Shown here: piece after piece, positions 12,115-25,289 of the stretch
How the letters are laid out: the number at the start of each line of letters is the position of its first letter
Numbering within the stretch: position 1 is the stretch's first letter
NCBI GenBank assembly: GCA_028534125.1
Contig: CM052818.1
Coordinates: forward strand, 13,394,001-13,458,000
Direction: 5' to 3'
Length of the DNA: 64,000 nt
DNA from: Lama glama
Lineage: Eukaryota
Notes under the pieces: generated by a model
Database searches by the model: none
What the model saw: only the letters and a program-made list of their open reading frames with translations
What the model was told of the DNA's origin: nothing
Made by a program: the position numbers and the translations under genes

Positions 12115-15100
12115 CTCATCATCTGGGGCGAAGAAGAAAAGCAATTCAGTAATAGGAGGAGCAATTCTTGCACTTTCGCTTTCTTGCAAAAGACTAACTG
12201 ATCCTGTGAATGCAAGGTTATGAGTAAGGCTTGTTAGGGACTGCACATACTAGACAAGTCCACACCCTGAGAAGCTTAACAACTAGCTGTATAGGCAAGA
12301 CTCGTGCATATAAAGTAACTAAAAGCCCTAGGCAGTAGCTGCCAAAAGAATGACGCATGCTATAAGCACTATACTTCTAGTCGTTGCTGCTTTCTTCAGA
12401 GAATAATTTAGTTTAGTTAAACAAGTGTTTTATATTAAATGCCCACTACAGGTCTGTTGATGATGTAAGTCTGCATTCTGAACTTCACAGGACAACATCC
12501 ACCAAGTTCTGTAAATGCAAATAAGTTTTCCTCCCAAAGGTATTAAGTCAACTCTGGAAAGACTCTGGGGGGCCTAATTAATAGGAATTCTGTTTTATTT
12601 AGTACAGGAAATACATCAACACTGACTAGGTATGAGAAAGAATTTCCCACCAGTCAGAACTGTCTGAATTAGAATCAAACGCCTTGGGAGGTAATAAGTT
12701 TCCCGTCAGGCTAGATAATTAGTTGGCAGTGATTTTGCAGGGGTGACTCAAGCATTCAATGACCAGTAGGCTCCCTTCCAATCCTGTGATTGTGTGAACT
12801 TCTGCAAGCTCCCTCTTGATAGCACAATAGACAAATCTGGGAACCCACACTGCAGAACTGTGACAATGTTGCAGATTAGCCAGGAGTCAGTCTCATTCAG
12901 GTACCAGTGGCCATGTCAGAACCAGTGGTGAGGAAACAGAGAATGGGGATATATAACTCCTACCAAAAGCCTGACCAAACTCCTGGGGTCAGAGTGTCTG
13001 GGAGAGACTCAGAATGCCAAAATTCACTAGCTTTCAAAGGGGATCAGGGCTACTAGACAAGGAGCACCCCAAGACAAAGACTAACTAAAGAACTAAAAAT
13101 GTAGCCCCTTGAAGAAGAGATATGTAGGAGTCTGTTTTGAAAAGCTCATCTGATGGGGGCTCTACTGGTCCCCACATTGAGGGGCCCTCCTGCAACATTA
13201 AAACATTAAAATTCTTGGGAACCTCCAAGCAAAGGTGTTGTCAAAGATTTGTCTAAGAAAAGAGTGTCTCCAAAGTGAAATAAGCAGGGAGTGGACACAG
13301 AAAAGTTATAAAGGCCTCCTGAGTAAATATGTAGTTGAAGGATGGTGATTGTAAAAGAGAGGCAACAGCATGAGGGTCCTGGACAACCAAGTAGCAAGCT
13401 GTTTAAAATTCCAGTGTCATGTAGCAGATCAGAACAACCCACAAAGAGTGTAATCAGTTGAGCTCCAGGTTCCCTGTATCTAAAATAAGGCAACTGCGTC
13501 GATGCAGGCATGTTGGCTAATGTTCTACTAAGTAAGAGAAAGAAGCACATTTAAATCCCTGTTGAACCAATTTCAGGCTCTGAAACTGAGACAGTAAAAC
13601 TCCTATGAGCTTCAGAAAGTAGGGGACGGAATTAGAAAATTTTCACAAAGTCCCTTTCAACTCTGAGGTCTACAATCCCAGTGTACAAAGGAGAACATCT
13701 TATGACAGAAGAAGATAGTTATCAAACAGGTCATCACAAAACATGTTGGAAGAAACAGAATAAAGCAAAAACCTTGATTCCTGAATTTTCATCTGTGACT
13801 TCTGTCTTTTTTTTTTTCTTTTTTGGACTAAGTTGTGGTTTAAATGGTTAAACCAAATGAATGGAAGCAAAACCAATACACTATACACCAGCAGCATTCT
13901 TATTTTTGTGGGGAAAGAAAGCAAATATGTGCTATCTGATCATATAGGAAAGCTCAACCTACAAAGCCTCTACAAAGTCCCATTAAATCAACAGAGGTTC
14001 TGCCCAGTGCCCAGGGAAACCCATCAAGAGGAGCCAAAATATTTCTTTTTTCAAAAAGCTATCAACTTAACATTACAAATCATTTGCTATTCTCAAGAGA
14101 ATTGCCTAGTATTGCAAAACTTGATAATTACTGATTCATGACTGATTTAGGAAAAACATCGGCTTAAGTAATCAGGCCAGAGTACTGCTGCTGACCGCAA
14201 TGCTGGCAGGAAACCTATCCTTTCTTTCATCATTCCTTTCATGAATGTTTAACATTCTACAAAATTAAGCTTTTAGCATATTAATAGTGGTTGGATTTGT
14301 CCAAAAGTTGAGAATACAGAACATACTACTTACGTGCTATCAAGCACCTATATTCTGTTCTGAATTTTATTCCTATCATTAACCAGGAACCAGGAAGCTA
14401 TGAGAAAATGACTCCAGAAATCAGAGTTTGTAAGACATGGATTGTTTTCTGTAACATATCAGACCACAGATTCTTTGAAAGGACTCTCCATACACATAAC
14501 ATTTCTTCCATAAACTGGTACACTCTGTATAAACCAGCAGGAAGAATTTAATTAATGTTTTGAGCTGACCCTACACACCACAAACAGCACATACCTACAT
14601 TAGGGTAACACGTTTGTCTCATATAACCTTTGCTAAACAAAGCTTGAGGTACATCATTTGGCAAGCAGATAAGAAACACATCAGAATATGTTCATCTGTA
14701 CATGCCTCTGGAAAGATGTTTTCTATAAGGAAAAGTGAATCTCATATCTGCAGAGAGAAAGTTACTCCCTCTCTGCTGGAATTGTTTTTCTGCTTAAAAT
14801 TAAGAAATTAAGAATATTTTCTTTTCTGCAGAGGAATTACAGAAAAATTCCAGCCAAATACTGTCCCATAGATTCAAAGAGACTGCTTCTAAAACCATAT
14901 CAAATTTTCTTTTCAGATCTTTCCCCTTCTGAGGTTCTCATTTTCCAAGTAAACATGAAAGGCAAACCCTTGTTATCCACTTAGTTTCTACTATCAGTCC
15001 CTAAATGAATGTATCACTAAAATATCTGAATTCTAAGTCTATTCACTAAGACACACCATCAGTGTTCTTGGAGGAAAAAAGTCAAGTATTTAAAGAGCAG

Positions 15101-15139
15101 AAAATTTAAGTAAACATTTTAGCAGGGCCCTGGTAAATT

Positions 15140-15680
15140 AATACTCCTATAGATTGCTGATATACAAGTTGGTAGTACTCTGTTACAAGCAACTTGACAA
15201 TAAAAACTAAGGTTTTAAATGTTTATACCCTGCTTCCAAAAAGTCCATTTGGGGAAATATATCATTAAAAAAAATCTAGACTAACATAAAGCTCTGTGCA
15301 CAAAGATATTTACTATTATTTGTAATAGGAAGACATAGAAACAACTTATATGTTGAACATAGGAAAATGGTTAAGGACAAATTAATATAACCTCTCAACA
15401 AAATATTATGCAAGCCATGATGAATATTTATGAGGACTGGTAATAACATGAAAATGCTTATGCTATAATATTAAATTAAAATACAGAAGACAAGCATATA
15501 TCATAGATACACAGATGTACATAAAACATTTGCTTTTAACTATGCTTATAAAAATAAACAATCAATCCCTATATGTAAAAAAAAAAGGTGAAAGGAAATA
15601 TTGGGTAAGTTTTTCTCCCTTCTCCTTTTATATATTTTCCAAATTTTCTTCAATGAGCTCCTTAAGGAAATACTTTAAAT
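15140..15680 (+). mobile_element. Old L1M 3' fragment
   Basis: Degenerate L1 3' motifs (tgtgcacaaagatatttac, gaaacaacttatatgttgaacataggaaaatggttaa); boundaries approximate. Confidence 0.55.
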
Positions 15681-16529
15681 AAAATAAGAGAAATTCTAAC
15701 CAGACACAGATTAAAATTGATGCTCAATATTCCTGACCAAAATTAGATTAGGTCTGAAGGAGGTCAGATGTAAAGAATGAATTTTGATGGCATTAATATG
15801 TTTTGAATTAATTCAAATTAATTTATTCAATGAATAGTTATATAAATTGACTGTGGGAGGAAGGAAGAAAATGATAGAAGACATACTTAACCCAAGAGAA
15901 TCATCTAGTCCACATTGTGCAGCAGCAGGAAGAATGAACCCTGGCAAGACCGAGATGTAACTCAAGAATTGGAATAATAGACCAGCAGAGAATTCATAGG
16001 AAGAAAACTTTCAACAAGGCAGAGAAGATCAGAAATGTTGATGCTGCAGAGATGCAGTGAGGTCAAGGAAAATGAGGAGAGGGAAAGAGGCTGTGGATTT
16101 AACAAGTTAAAGACTAATTGAGAAATGAAGGAGAGAAATCAAATCCCAGAGGATGAGTGGTGAGGAAATGGAGGCAGTGACATAAAGGGAGGTGAGAAGG
16201 GGCAGCAGATTAGATCAAGGGCCATTGGTTTTGTCTTTTACACAATAGGGGAGATCCGTGTGAGTTTGGAGGCAAGGTTGGGGAAGGCTGAACATGAGAC
16301 AGAAGATTCAAAGCATGGAAATAGCCCAGATTCATCCTGCCCTGTCTGCCCTCAATGGCCAGAGGCTGCCCACAAACCTGCATCTGGTACAGAAGTGCGC
16401 CTCAAACTGGTTCTAAGTCCCTTTGGGAACCCTATCTCTAAATTATCCCTTGACACAAATTGTCTCTTCCAGTTAAACCACACCTATGCTCACATGGCTC
16501 TTCCCGCCCTTGGGACTATCCCTTCTCTG

Positions 16530-18070
16530 CCTCTTTTATGGGTCCTCCTCTGCTGCTTAAATGTCAGGTTCTAGGGTCCATCTATGGTCCTTGTATTAGT
16601 CTCCCAGGACTGCCATAACGAAGTGCTACAAACTAGGTGGATTAAAACAGCATAAGTATATTTCCTCACAATTCTGGAGATGAAAAGTCCAAAATCAAAA
16701 TGTCATCAGGAGATTGCTAGCTCTGAAGGCTCTACGGGAAGTCCTTTCTTATGTCTTTCTAGCTTCTGGTAGTTGCTGGTAATCCTTGGAATTCCTTGGT
16801 TTATATAAGTATGACCCCAATCTCTGCCTTTGTCTTCATATGACCTTTTCCACTGTTAATCTGCATTTCTGTTTTCTTAGAAGGATACCAGTCATTGGAT
16901 TAGGGCCCATTCTAACCCAGCATGACTTCATCTTAACTAATTATACCTACAAAGACCCTATTTCCAAAAATAGTTACATTCTGAGGTTCTGGGTTGACGT
17001 GAATTTTCCGGGGAGCCACAAGAGGTGGAAGGGACACTATTCAACCCAGAACAATCCTCATCCATTCCTCAGAGGATGGCCATTCCCGTGTGGTCTCATC
17101 TATCTCCAACTCAACTACTCTCTGCTCAAGACTCTAAAATCAATATCCTCAACCTCAAATCTCACCCTCAATTCTCCAGGCCTGTATTTCCCAGTTGCTC
17201 ACTGGATGTAGTTGAACAAGAAATCCTCTCTAAAAGAGAGCCCATGGTGGTTTGTTTTAATTCATGAGAAATCCATCTGATCTCCCAAGAGAAAAGCCCT
17301 GGCATTGTCTTCAGCTTTCTCTTCTTCCTAATCACCTCCCACTACATCTGATCAGACAATAAGGCCTATGGATTTCATCTCACAACCTCACTCAAATTTG
17401 ACTACTTCTATCCATCTCCACTGTTTAAGGCCTTAGTTTGGACACTCAACCTTTCCTTAGGCTTTTCAGGTAACAAAAAGGTTCAGCTCAGTAAAAGATT
17501 ATAGAGCACCTACCACATGATAGTGTTGAGCATACCAAGAGGGATTAAACACAGCCTCACCCTTGTGTAGCTTTCAATTTCAGCTGGTCTCCCTGCCACC
17601 AGGCTTCATGCATTTTCTTGTAAGAAACCAAATCTGATAATGTCATGCTGTGGCTTACAACTCTCTTTTGCCTCCTCTTTTCCTACAAGTTGAAATGCAA
17701 GGCCTTCCCTAGTCTTAAAAGACATTTCATAATCTGCTTCCCCATGTGCCACACTCCTCTTTCCAAGTCCTTTGTCATGACCCTGGAGGCTTAAGCTTGC
17801 TCTCTCCAGATCCATGTCTAGAAGAAATGCTTTCTTTGATCTAATGTGCCCTGCATCCCCTATCTACTGTTAAAGTACAGTTCAAATGACACCTGCTGTC
17901 TTACATCAGGATCCAACAGTCCCTGTGCCCCCAGAGGACTTTATTCCAATCCCTATATTTACCACATTGTGTTGAAATTTTTTTTTCACCTATTTGTCTC
18001 CATCTAGACCATGAGCTCACAGAGGACCAATACCAGGTAGTACTCATTTATTTCGATCTGAATAAATGTA
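16530..18070 (+). mobile_element. L2 LINE fragment interrupted by an MLT1 LTR
   Basis: Pyrimidine-rich L2-type sequence on both sides of the LTR, with an L2 3' end near 18000-18070. Confidence 0.6.
16592..17053 (-). mobile_element. ERVL-MaLR solo LTR (MLT1B/C-like)
   Basis: TG...CA termini; TSD gtcct/atcct; ctctgaaggctct, tagcttctggtagttgctgg, accagtcattggattagggccca. Confidence 0.85.
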
Positions 18071-21000
18071 ATTATAAATGCATCCTGCCATTTGCTTATC
18101 CTAATCCTATCCAAGATTCTGGGCTTGACTCAATCCCAGCCTCTACCTCAGACTTTTTCAGGCCATTCACTCCAGGCTAGGAATGTCTCTCCTTTGAACA
18201 GCCACATCATTTACCTTCTATGTCACCAGCTTGGCATTTACAGTATGGTGCTTTGAGCTAATGAATGTCCCTGTTTTCCCTTCTGATGTACTTCAAAGTT
18301 TCTTTTCCAAAGCTTAGCTCAATACTTTGCAACATAGTAGGTGCTCCTTAATATTTCTGATTGGTAAGTCTTTTAGTAGATGGAATTTTAGAGGAAATGA
18401 AAAGAAATAAGATTCAAAACGGGGTGATTTTAGCTTATAGAAAGAGTATATTTCCTCCCATGAAACTAAAAGGTTAAAAAAGAAAATATAGAAAAATGAT
18501 AGTGGAGAATACAAAAGTCCTGAATAAGAGACTCGATCTTATAAACACAATCATGAGAAAATAATATACTAAGCCAAGTATGCACAAAATTGAAATGCAA
18601 CCAAGTGAAAACAATTCAGAATCTACCACCTACAGGTAAAGAGACAGTAAGACTATGAATAACTTACATACAGTGGAACATATCATATACACATTTAACT
18701 TACGTAAAGTTGCCTGTACAGGTTTAATAGAAAGGAGAGGGTTTGAGAAAAAGAAGTGTAAACTGTGGACAATTCTGCCTGCTATTCCATTAAAGGAGCA
18801 AGGGATGCCGAGTCAGTCAGGCCCACTTCCCATGTACCTCCCACAGAATAGGCAGCTCATGATGCCGAGACTGATTGTGGGGTCTGAAGATAAACTCAAG
18901 ACAGTTTCTTCAGGGATCTGTTTGTATAATAAAGGAACTTGCTAAGAAAGAGAGCGAGTGTGTCAGTATCCAGTGCAGCATGTGTTTGTGACTGGTATAT
19001 ACTGAAATCTATAGGAGATTTCACATACGTTTTATATTGTGTATTGACTTTGACACCTAATGCCCAAGTGCAATGTGACTCCTCTGGTTAAGTCAAACAT
19101 TCTCTACTGATATGTGACCCCATTAGGAGCTCTTATTGTACTTGCTGTTTACACTGCTTATTTTGCTATTTAGTCAGTGCTATCTTATGCCACCATTTAA
19201 TTGCCAAATGATTGGATGTACATATGATCACTTCATCCAGACTAAATTGATGACAATAACTACATCTTAAAGCTTTTACACCCTACAGTGTATGTGGCAC
19301 AGTATTAAGGACAAAAGTGCTTAATTATCAAAGAGCTATTTAATTAATGTCACTTTGTCTATAATCAAACTCAGAATCTAAAAGGAATAACTCAACTAAA
19401 TTGTGAGTTTCATATTCTCTATTGTGCTTTCTAGGGTACACTTACAGCTGTTAAACGACTGCCAGGAGGAAAAAGGCCTTTGTTTGCCCCAAAATTATTC
19501 ATTAAATTGTTTGACTGTTATCATATTCAATTGAGAAGGCTTGGAGAGACCAGTATAAAGGGTAATAAAGAAAAATATTGTCATCAGCATTTTTCTGGAA
19601 AGATAACAAAAAAGTCATTTTGGGAAAGAGGCCTGCCTTTATTAGTGGTCTGGGAGGGAACATCAAATCAAGCTAAGACCCACCCTCTCCTTTAGAGAAA
19701 ACAGAAAACAAAAAACAACAGAGCAAAATCTCCCACATTAACCAACAAAATATAGATATGTGAAGAGACCAGCAAGATTTTTTCAGGTTTAACTAAATTG
19801 CTATGTATCATCTCTAATTTAAAAACATTTTTAAAGTAAAATGAGCCGTTGCTGCTGATTCCTGACATACTATTTTCTTAAATCCTTTCATTTTATTATG
19901 TAGCTCTGTCCACAAGGCAGCAGGGATCCAATGAAGATTGAGCAATTACTGAGTGTCATGGGATTACAAAGATAAGCTATTTGGGTAATTTAAACTAAAA
20001 AACAACTCTCCTTTATCTCCAGGGTGGGTTTTGGGGCCTGAGTTATTCAGATAATTTGGCTGATCCACACTTCATATTACCAGAGTGAACATTCTAAATG
20101 TGCTTCCTGACACTACGAAAGTATTTCAAACTGTTTTCAACTTCTCCTGTGATGAAGAGTGGTAAGGTTAAATATCATCCCAGTTAAAAGTAAATTTGTT
20201 GCTATTTTTACTATATTGGTCAGCTAGCTCCTTTTAACTCTTGGGTCAAAGTTTTTGGACATTAAAACAAATGAATTCATTCTGTTTTTTCAAGCATAAA
20301 TGATACGCAATAAGCCTCAGAGAACAAAGGTTACTCGTTCTGGTTATGTTTTACTTTCTTGCAGACGCATATTCATACTCAATTAAACTGCCTCCAAGTG
20401 ATTTTTAAGTATTAAAGGTGAACACAGCCCTCCTTTTTCAAGGATATTTTGGGCAACTGTTGTGAAACAAAATGCAAATCATTAAAAAAAAAAAACCAAA
20501 AAACTAATGTTAAATTAAAAAGCACTAGTCAAGAAATCACCCAAAGTCTAAGCTCACATAAAAACAAACTAAAATTAATGATAGGTAAGCACTTCATAAC
20601 GTTGAACAGGAAAAACATTCAGAACTCTTGACAACTGATTCAAATTTTCTGACCTGCTGGACAACCTTCCCTTTCCACATCTTCCCTAGATTCCATCAGG
20701 TCCTGTTTTTCTCCCTACAACGAACTGTCATTTATCTAGGATGCAATGAACCATAAAGTTAAAATAAACAAGGTAATGTTTTCCTATGCTCCATTTTCAG
20801 TTAATTTACAGGTGTTTATTGCATGCCTACAATGTTCCTAACACTGTTTCATTTGCTGTGGGCTCATGAAATACGTCAAAAATGTGGCTTAGAATTGTGT
20901 AACTTCTCTTTTATGAGGGAAAAATAACAAGTAAACAAGTCTTCAGGTATATAGTCCATAAAGCAACTTCCAGCACATCAAAAATGTAACTCTAATTCCA

Positions 21001-22070
21001 TCTGTAACTGCCTTATTCATCCCAAACCATGGAGTAATAACAGTACGTGCTCTGACAGAAAAGTAAAACACTATAAAATCTGAAATCTCCAGAGAGTCGT
21101 CTCCTCCACATACTTTTAGTTTCAAATGTATTTCTATTATTTGATTTTTTAAAATGTGACTAATAATTCATATGTTCTATTAATAAAAATAACCAGCTCT
21201 CTCACATTATGAATAAATGAGAACTGAAGTCTCTTCTTATCCTAATCAAGACCCAGCATGGGATTTCAAAAAGTCAACAAATGATTGCTGAATGATTGAG
21301 ATTGTGTCCATAATGCAAATCTGTGTTATTTCCACACATATCTGTAGACATGTGAGTTATAGGTTGCAATTGGAAGTTTAATTTTATTTCTCACACAGTG
21401 AATTCCTAGTTTGCAAGGAAATTATTCTACGGATACAGGGAAGTCTGACTAGAACGCATGATCTAATCTATGAAGAAGAGCCCAATACTCTTCCATAGAA
21501 GTTATCCATGCACCACTTTCTCCACCCTCCTAGTCCACATCCTTGGGGAATAAGAGAGTTCCATTTTTCCCTCCCAAATTAATGTGTCTGTTTCTAATTC
21601 TCTTTTAGACCCCCAATAATTGTATCACAATTGGGAATTAAATATATGCAAGATTCTGACTTCAGAAAAACAGAAATAATATGTACATGGGGACAGCAAA
21701 AATGTTTAGCTCCCAGGGTTTCCTGTTATAATGCCCTGTTACAGAGTATCCTGGGAATTTTTCTGAGGAAAAAAGATATCTTCCACAGTAGGCACTGAAA
21801 AATAAAACCAAAGAATTAAAAGCCTTTCCTCTTTCCAAGAATACAAATGAAATTAAAATAATTTTAAAAACACAAAACCATTCATTTTCATAATTGGTTT
21901 TCCACATTATGCAGCTAATAAATATAATTATAATTTGTATTCAAACACAATTTCTATTTATTGGTGATAATAACTTCAGCCTTCACTATTTAGTATTTCT
22001 ATTTTTTTGACAAATTACCTAAATTTTAGGACAAGTTAACTATCTGAGAAAAAAAGTAAAATTAATCTTT

Positions 22071-22177
22071 AAAATTTTATTTATTTTGAAGGGGGAGGTA
22101 ATTAGGTTTACCTACTTATTTTTTTAGAGGAAGTATAAGGGATTGAACTCAGGACCTCATACATGCTAAGCATGAGC
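22071..22177 (-). mobile_element. 5'-truncated Vic-1-type camelid tRNA-derived SINE
   Basis: Reverse complement matches the copy at 24292 (gcttagcatgtatgaggtcctgagttcaatccc...cctaattacctccccc); flanked by duplicated aaaattaat. Confidence 0.75.
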
Positions 22178-24291
22178 AAAATTAATTTCTACTTCTCATG
22201 TTTCAAGATAAATTCTAAATGAATTATATACTTAAATATTTAAGACATAAAATTACAAAATTAAAATGAATGTGAATATTTGAATACTCTTGAATTGGTG
22301 CAGAACTTCTTGTGTTTAACACAAAAAACAAAATCCACACAAGGAAATGTTGATACATTTGACTACATCAAAATTTTAAATTTGTAGATTTATAATTCCA
22401 GAAATACGGTGTACAGGTAATGTTTTTGTACAGGATAACTATAAATTTTGAATAAAACATTAAAAAAATCTTTAAAAAGCACAGCTTAAATGATAAGAAA
22501 ATAACGGAATTCTTCAGAGGCAAAAATCACTTAAAAGTTAGAATCCAAAAAGGTAATCAAGCATTAACATGCACAGTTGCCTGGTGGCATTTACCGATAA
22601 TTGCTGATTTCTGGTAGTTCGGAGATTTTGAGTTTAATGAGGAACAGGAGACAAGGTCAATTTAGGCAGAAATTAAGATTAAGACACTTCCACAATACTG
22701 AAATCATTAAAGGAGACATTCTCAGCGAAAAGGGAAAACTGAAAAAACAAACATCAAAACAAAAATGTTTCCCCTTGCCCCACAGAGGGAGGGACTTGGA
22801 CTCTGGATTCTGGATAAAGGTAAAAAAGAAAACTCACAACCTCAAGTCAACTTTCATTCACTTTGGTAACAGAATTTACATTATCTTTGCAGCCTGAAAA
22901 AAATTAATAAAGATTAAAGTAGACTAAAGTAGCTCTTGATTTTGTAGTGCTGCAACTGGCTTATAGAAGCAAATGACAATTCTATCTATTGAAGGTATCT
23001 TTAATCCAGGCCTCACAGACTTCTCACAGAGAGAGTTTCAATGATGTGAGCTTACAAATAAAAATCACAAAACACATAAGGAACCAACCTACCATGAACA
23101 GGAGTCAGGGGAATAACCAAGCAATTCAATCAGTCTACAGAAATTGCTGATACTGGAATTATCAGGTATTGAATTTTTTTAAATATGAGATTAATGTGTT
23201 TAAAGAAAAAACATATTGAAAATTATGAATAAATAAGAGATTATTAAAAATGGACAGGGCTTTACAAAATGAAATGTTACGTCTAGGACTGAAAACTATA
23301 ATAAGATTAGAAATTCAATTGTCAGTTCATCAGACTAGACAGAGCTGAAGGGAGAAGACATAAACCAGAAGATAAATTTGAGTACTCACAGCAGCAAAGA
23401 GAATCAAAGACTGACATATAAAAGAAAGGTCAAGAGACTTGGAAGGGAGAGACAAGTATTTAATAGGATAGCCAAAATAATAAAGAGTATGAAGAGATGC
23501 AAGAGAATTGCTAAAATTGTGGAAAGGCATAAATCCTCAGATTCAGGAGTCACAACAATGCCAAGAACAAGTGAAAATAAATCCTTACTTATACACATCA
23601 TGAGAAACTGTAGCATATCTGAATTAAAGAGCTCTTAAAAGAAGTCAGAGAGAAAAGAGAGATTATCTATGAATAAATAATTTAAATGACTGCTGACATC
23701 TTGAGAGTAACCGTGGAAGCCAGAAAATTATGGAATAATACCTTCATTATGCCAAATGACAATAACTCTCAGCCAGGAATTATAAACCTGGCAAAAGTAC
23801 CTTTTAAGATAAGCAGGATGAAGACATCAGAAAAACAAAAATGGAGAGAGTTTACCACCAAGAGATGCTTACTAAAGGAACTTCTAAAGGAAGCACTCTA
23901 GGACAAAGCTCCAAAGAAAAATATGAAATGCAAGGGGAAATACTGAGAATATACAACAAACATGTTAGCAAATTCCATAAACATTGACAGCAGTGATAAC
24001 AAAGTGTAATTTGTAATGTGTAATGTGGCATTTTAAAAAGATAGAACAAACAAAAGTAATTGTACGGAATATGGGTATCAAATTTAAAGTGTTCTAAGGT
24101 CCTTATATTGTTCAAGAGGGTGAAGAGGTAATTACTTTCAAAGACTGTTAAGTTAAATATGCATGCTAAAAATTTTAAGGTAACCATAAAATTAATAGAA
24201 ATAGTATGTGCAATTAAAAACTAGAAGAAAAAATAGAATGAAAAAAATTCAAGCTAATAACAGGCCAATCCCAAAAGAAAGCAAAAAGGGA

Positions 24292-24406
24292 GGGGGAAGG
24301 GTATAGCTCAGTGGTAGAGTACATGCCTAGCATGCATAAGGTCCTGGACTCAATCCGCAGTACCTCAATTAAATAAATAAATAAACTTAATTGCCCACCC
24401 CCCAAA
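24292..24406 (+). mobile_element. Vic-1-type camelid tRNA-derived SINE, full length
   Basis: A box tagctcagtgg; degenerate B box ggactcaatcc; (TAAA)n middle; C-run plus A tail; TSD aaagcaaaaaggga/aaggcaaaaaggaa. Confidence 0.85.
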
Positions 24407-24616
24407 AAGGCAAAAAGGAAGCATAGAACATAGAAAAAATAAGGCAAAGGGAAATGAAAGTTCAGATGGTAGAAATAAATTCAAAAGCAATAATAATCAC
24501 TATAATTGAAAAATTGCTATCACAAAGGAAATCAATAGAGTAGAGGCATTACTGTACAATGATAAGAGAGATGATTAGTTTTCATACAGAAAAAAAATTT
24601 AAGTTGGATCAACACC

Positions 24617-25032
24617 TGTATCAGTTAACTATTGTCACAAAACAAACCACCTCAAACTCAGTGCCTTAAAAGCAGCCATGGTTTATTATCACTGACATGC
24701 TAATAGTCAACGCGGATTTGTTTAAAATCAACTGGGCTCAGCTCATGCTTGCTTAACTAAGATAGCTCTCCTTCTCTTGGGGCTACTAGACTAGTTCAGA
24801 CATGTTCTTCTCATAGCACTGGGAGAAGCAGAAACACAGAAAGCCTCTTAAGGTCTAGGCTTAGAACTGATGTCTCTTCTTCACATTCTGCTGGCCAAAA
24901 CAAACCTCATGATTGATCTCAAGTCAAGAGATGGAGAAATACTATCTAACTTTGTGCAAGGAACTTGAAGCCACAAACCAAAGGGGATAAAGGAAGGGTA
25001 AAGAAATGGGACCAATAATGCAACCTACCACA
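24617..25032 (-). mobile_element. Old MaLR LTR (MLT1G/H-like) inside L1
   Basis: tgtatcagttaactatt...aacaaaccacctcaaactcagtg; gcctcttaaggtctaggcttagaactg; ends caacctaccaca. Confidence 0.7.
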
Positions 25033-25244
25033 GCCTGTGATGGCATTCACAAAAATCATTTTCAGATGTTACCATAAAGGGAAGTGAGGGGAAAAAAGTC
25101 ACCGATGGAGAGAAGGCATTTTCACACATAAAACTATCTTAAGAGCAATATCCAGAATAAAGAACCCACTTGGAATGAAAAAAGAAAGGTAGAAATAAAG
25201 GAGGAGAGAGGGAGGGAAGGAGAAAGAAAGGAAGGTAGGAAAGA

Positions 25245-25289
25245 AAAGGAAAGGAAAGGAAAGGAAAGGAAAGGAAAGGAAAGGAAAGG
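25245..25289. repeat. (AAAGG)9 pentanucleotide repeat within a ~120-bp purine-rich tract
   Basis: Read directly from the sequence. Confidence 0.95.

Noticed and set aside
1..15000. miR-217/miR-216 hairpins, expected upstream of EFEMP1 by synteny
   Set aside because: I did not find the mature sequences (TACTGCATCAGGAACTGATTGGA, TAATCTCAGCTGGCAACTGTGA) by eye. The tactgcatc near 1595 is only a 9-mer. The cluster probably lies left of the window.
24292..24365. tRNA-like sequence with A and B boxes
   Set aside because: It has a SINE body, tail and TSD and a degenerate B box, so it is a SINE rather than a tRNA gene
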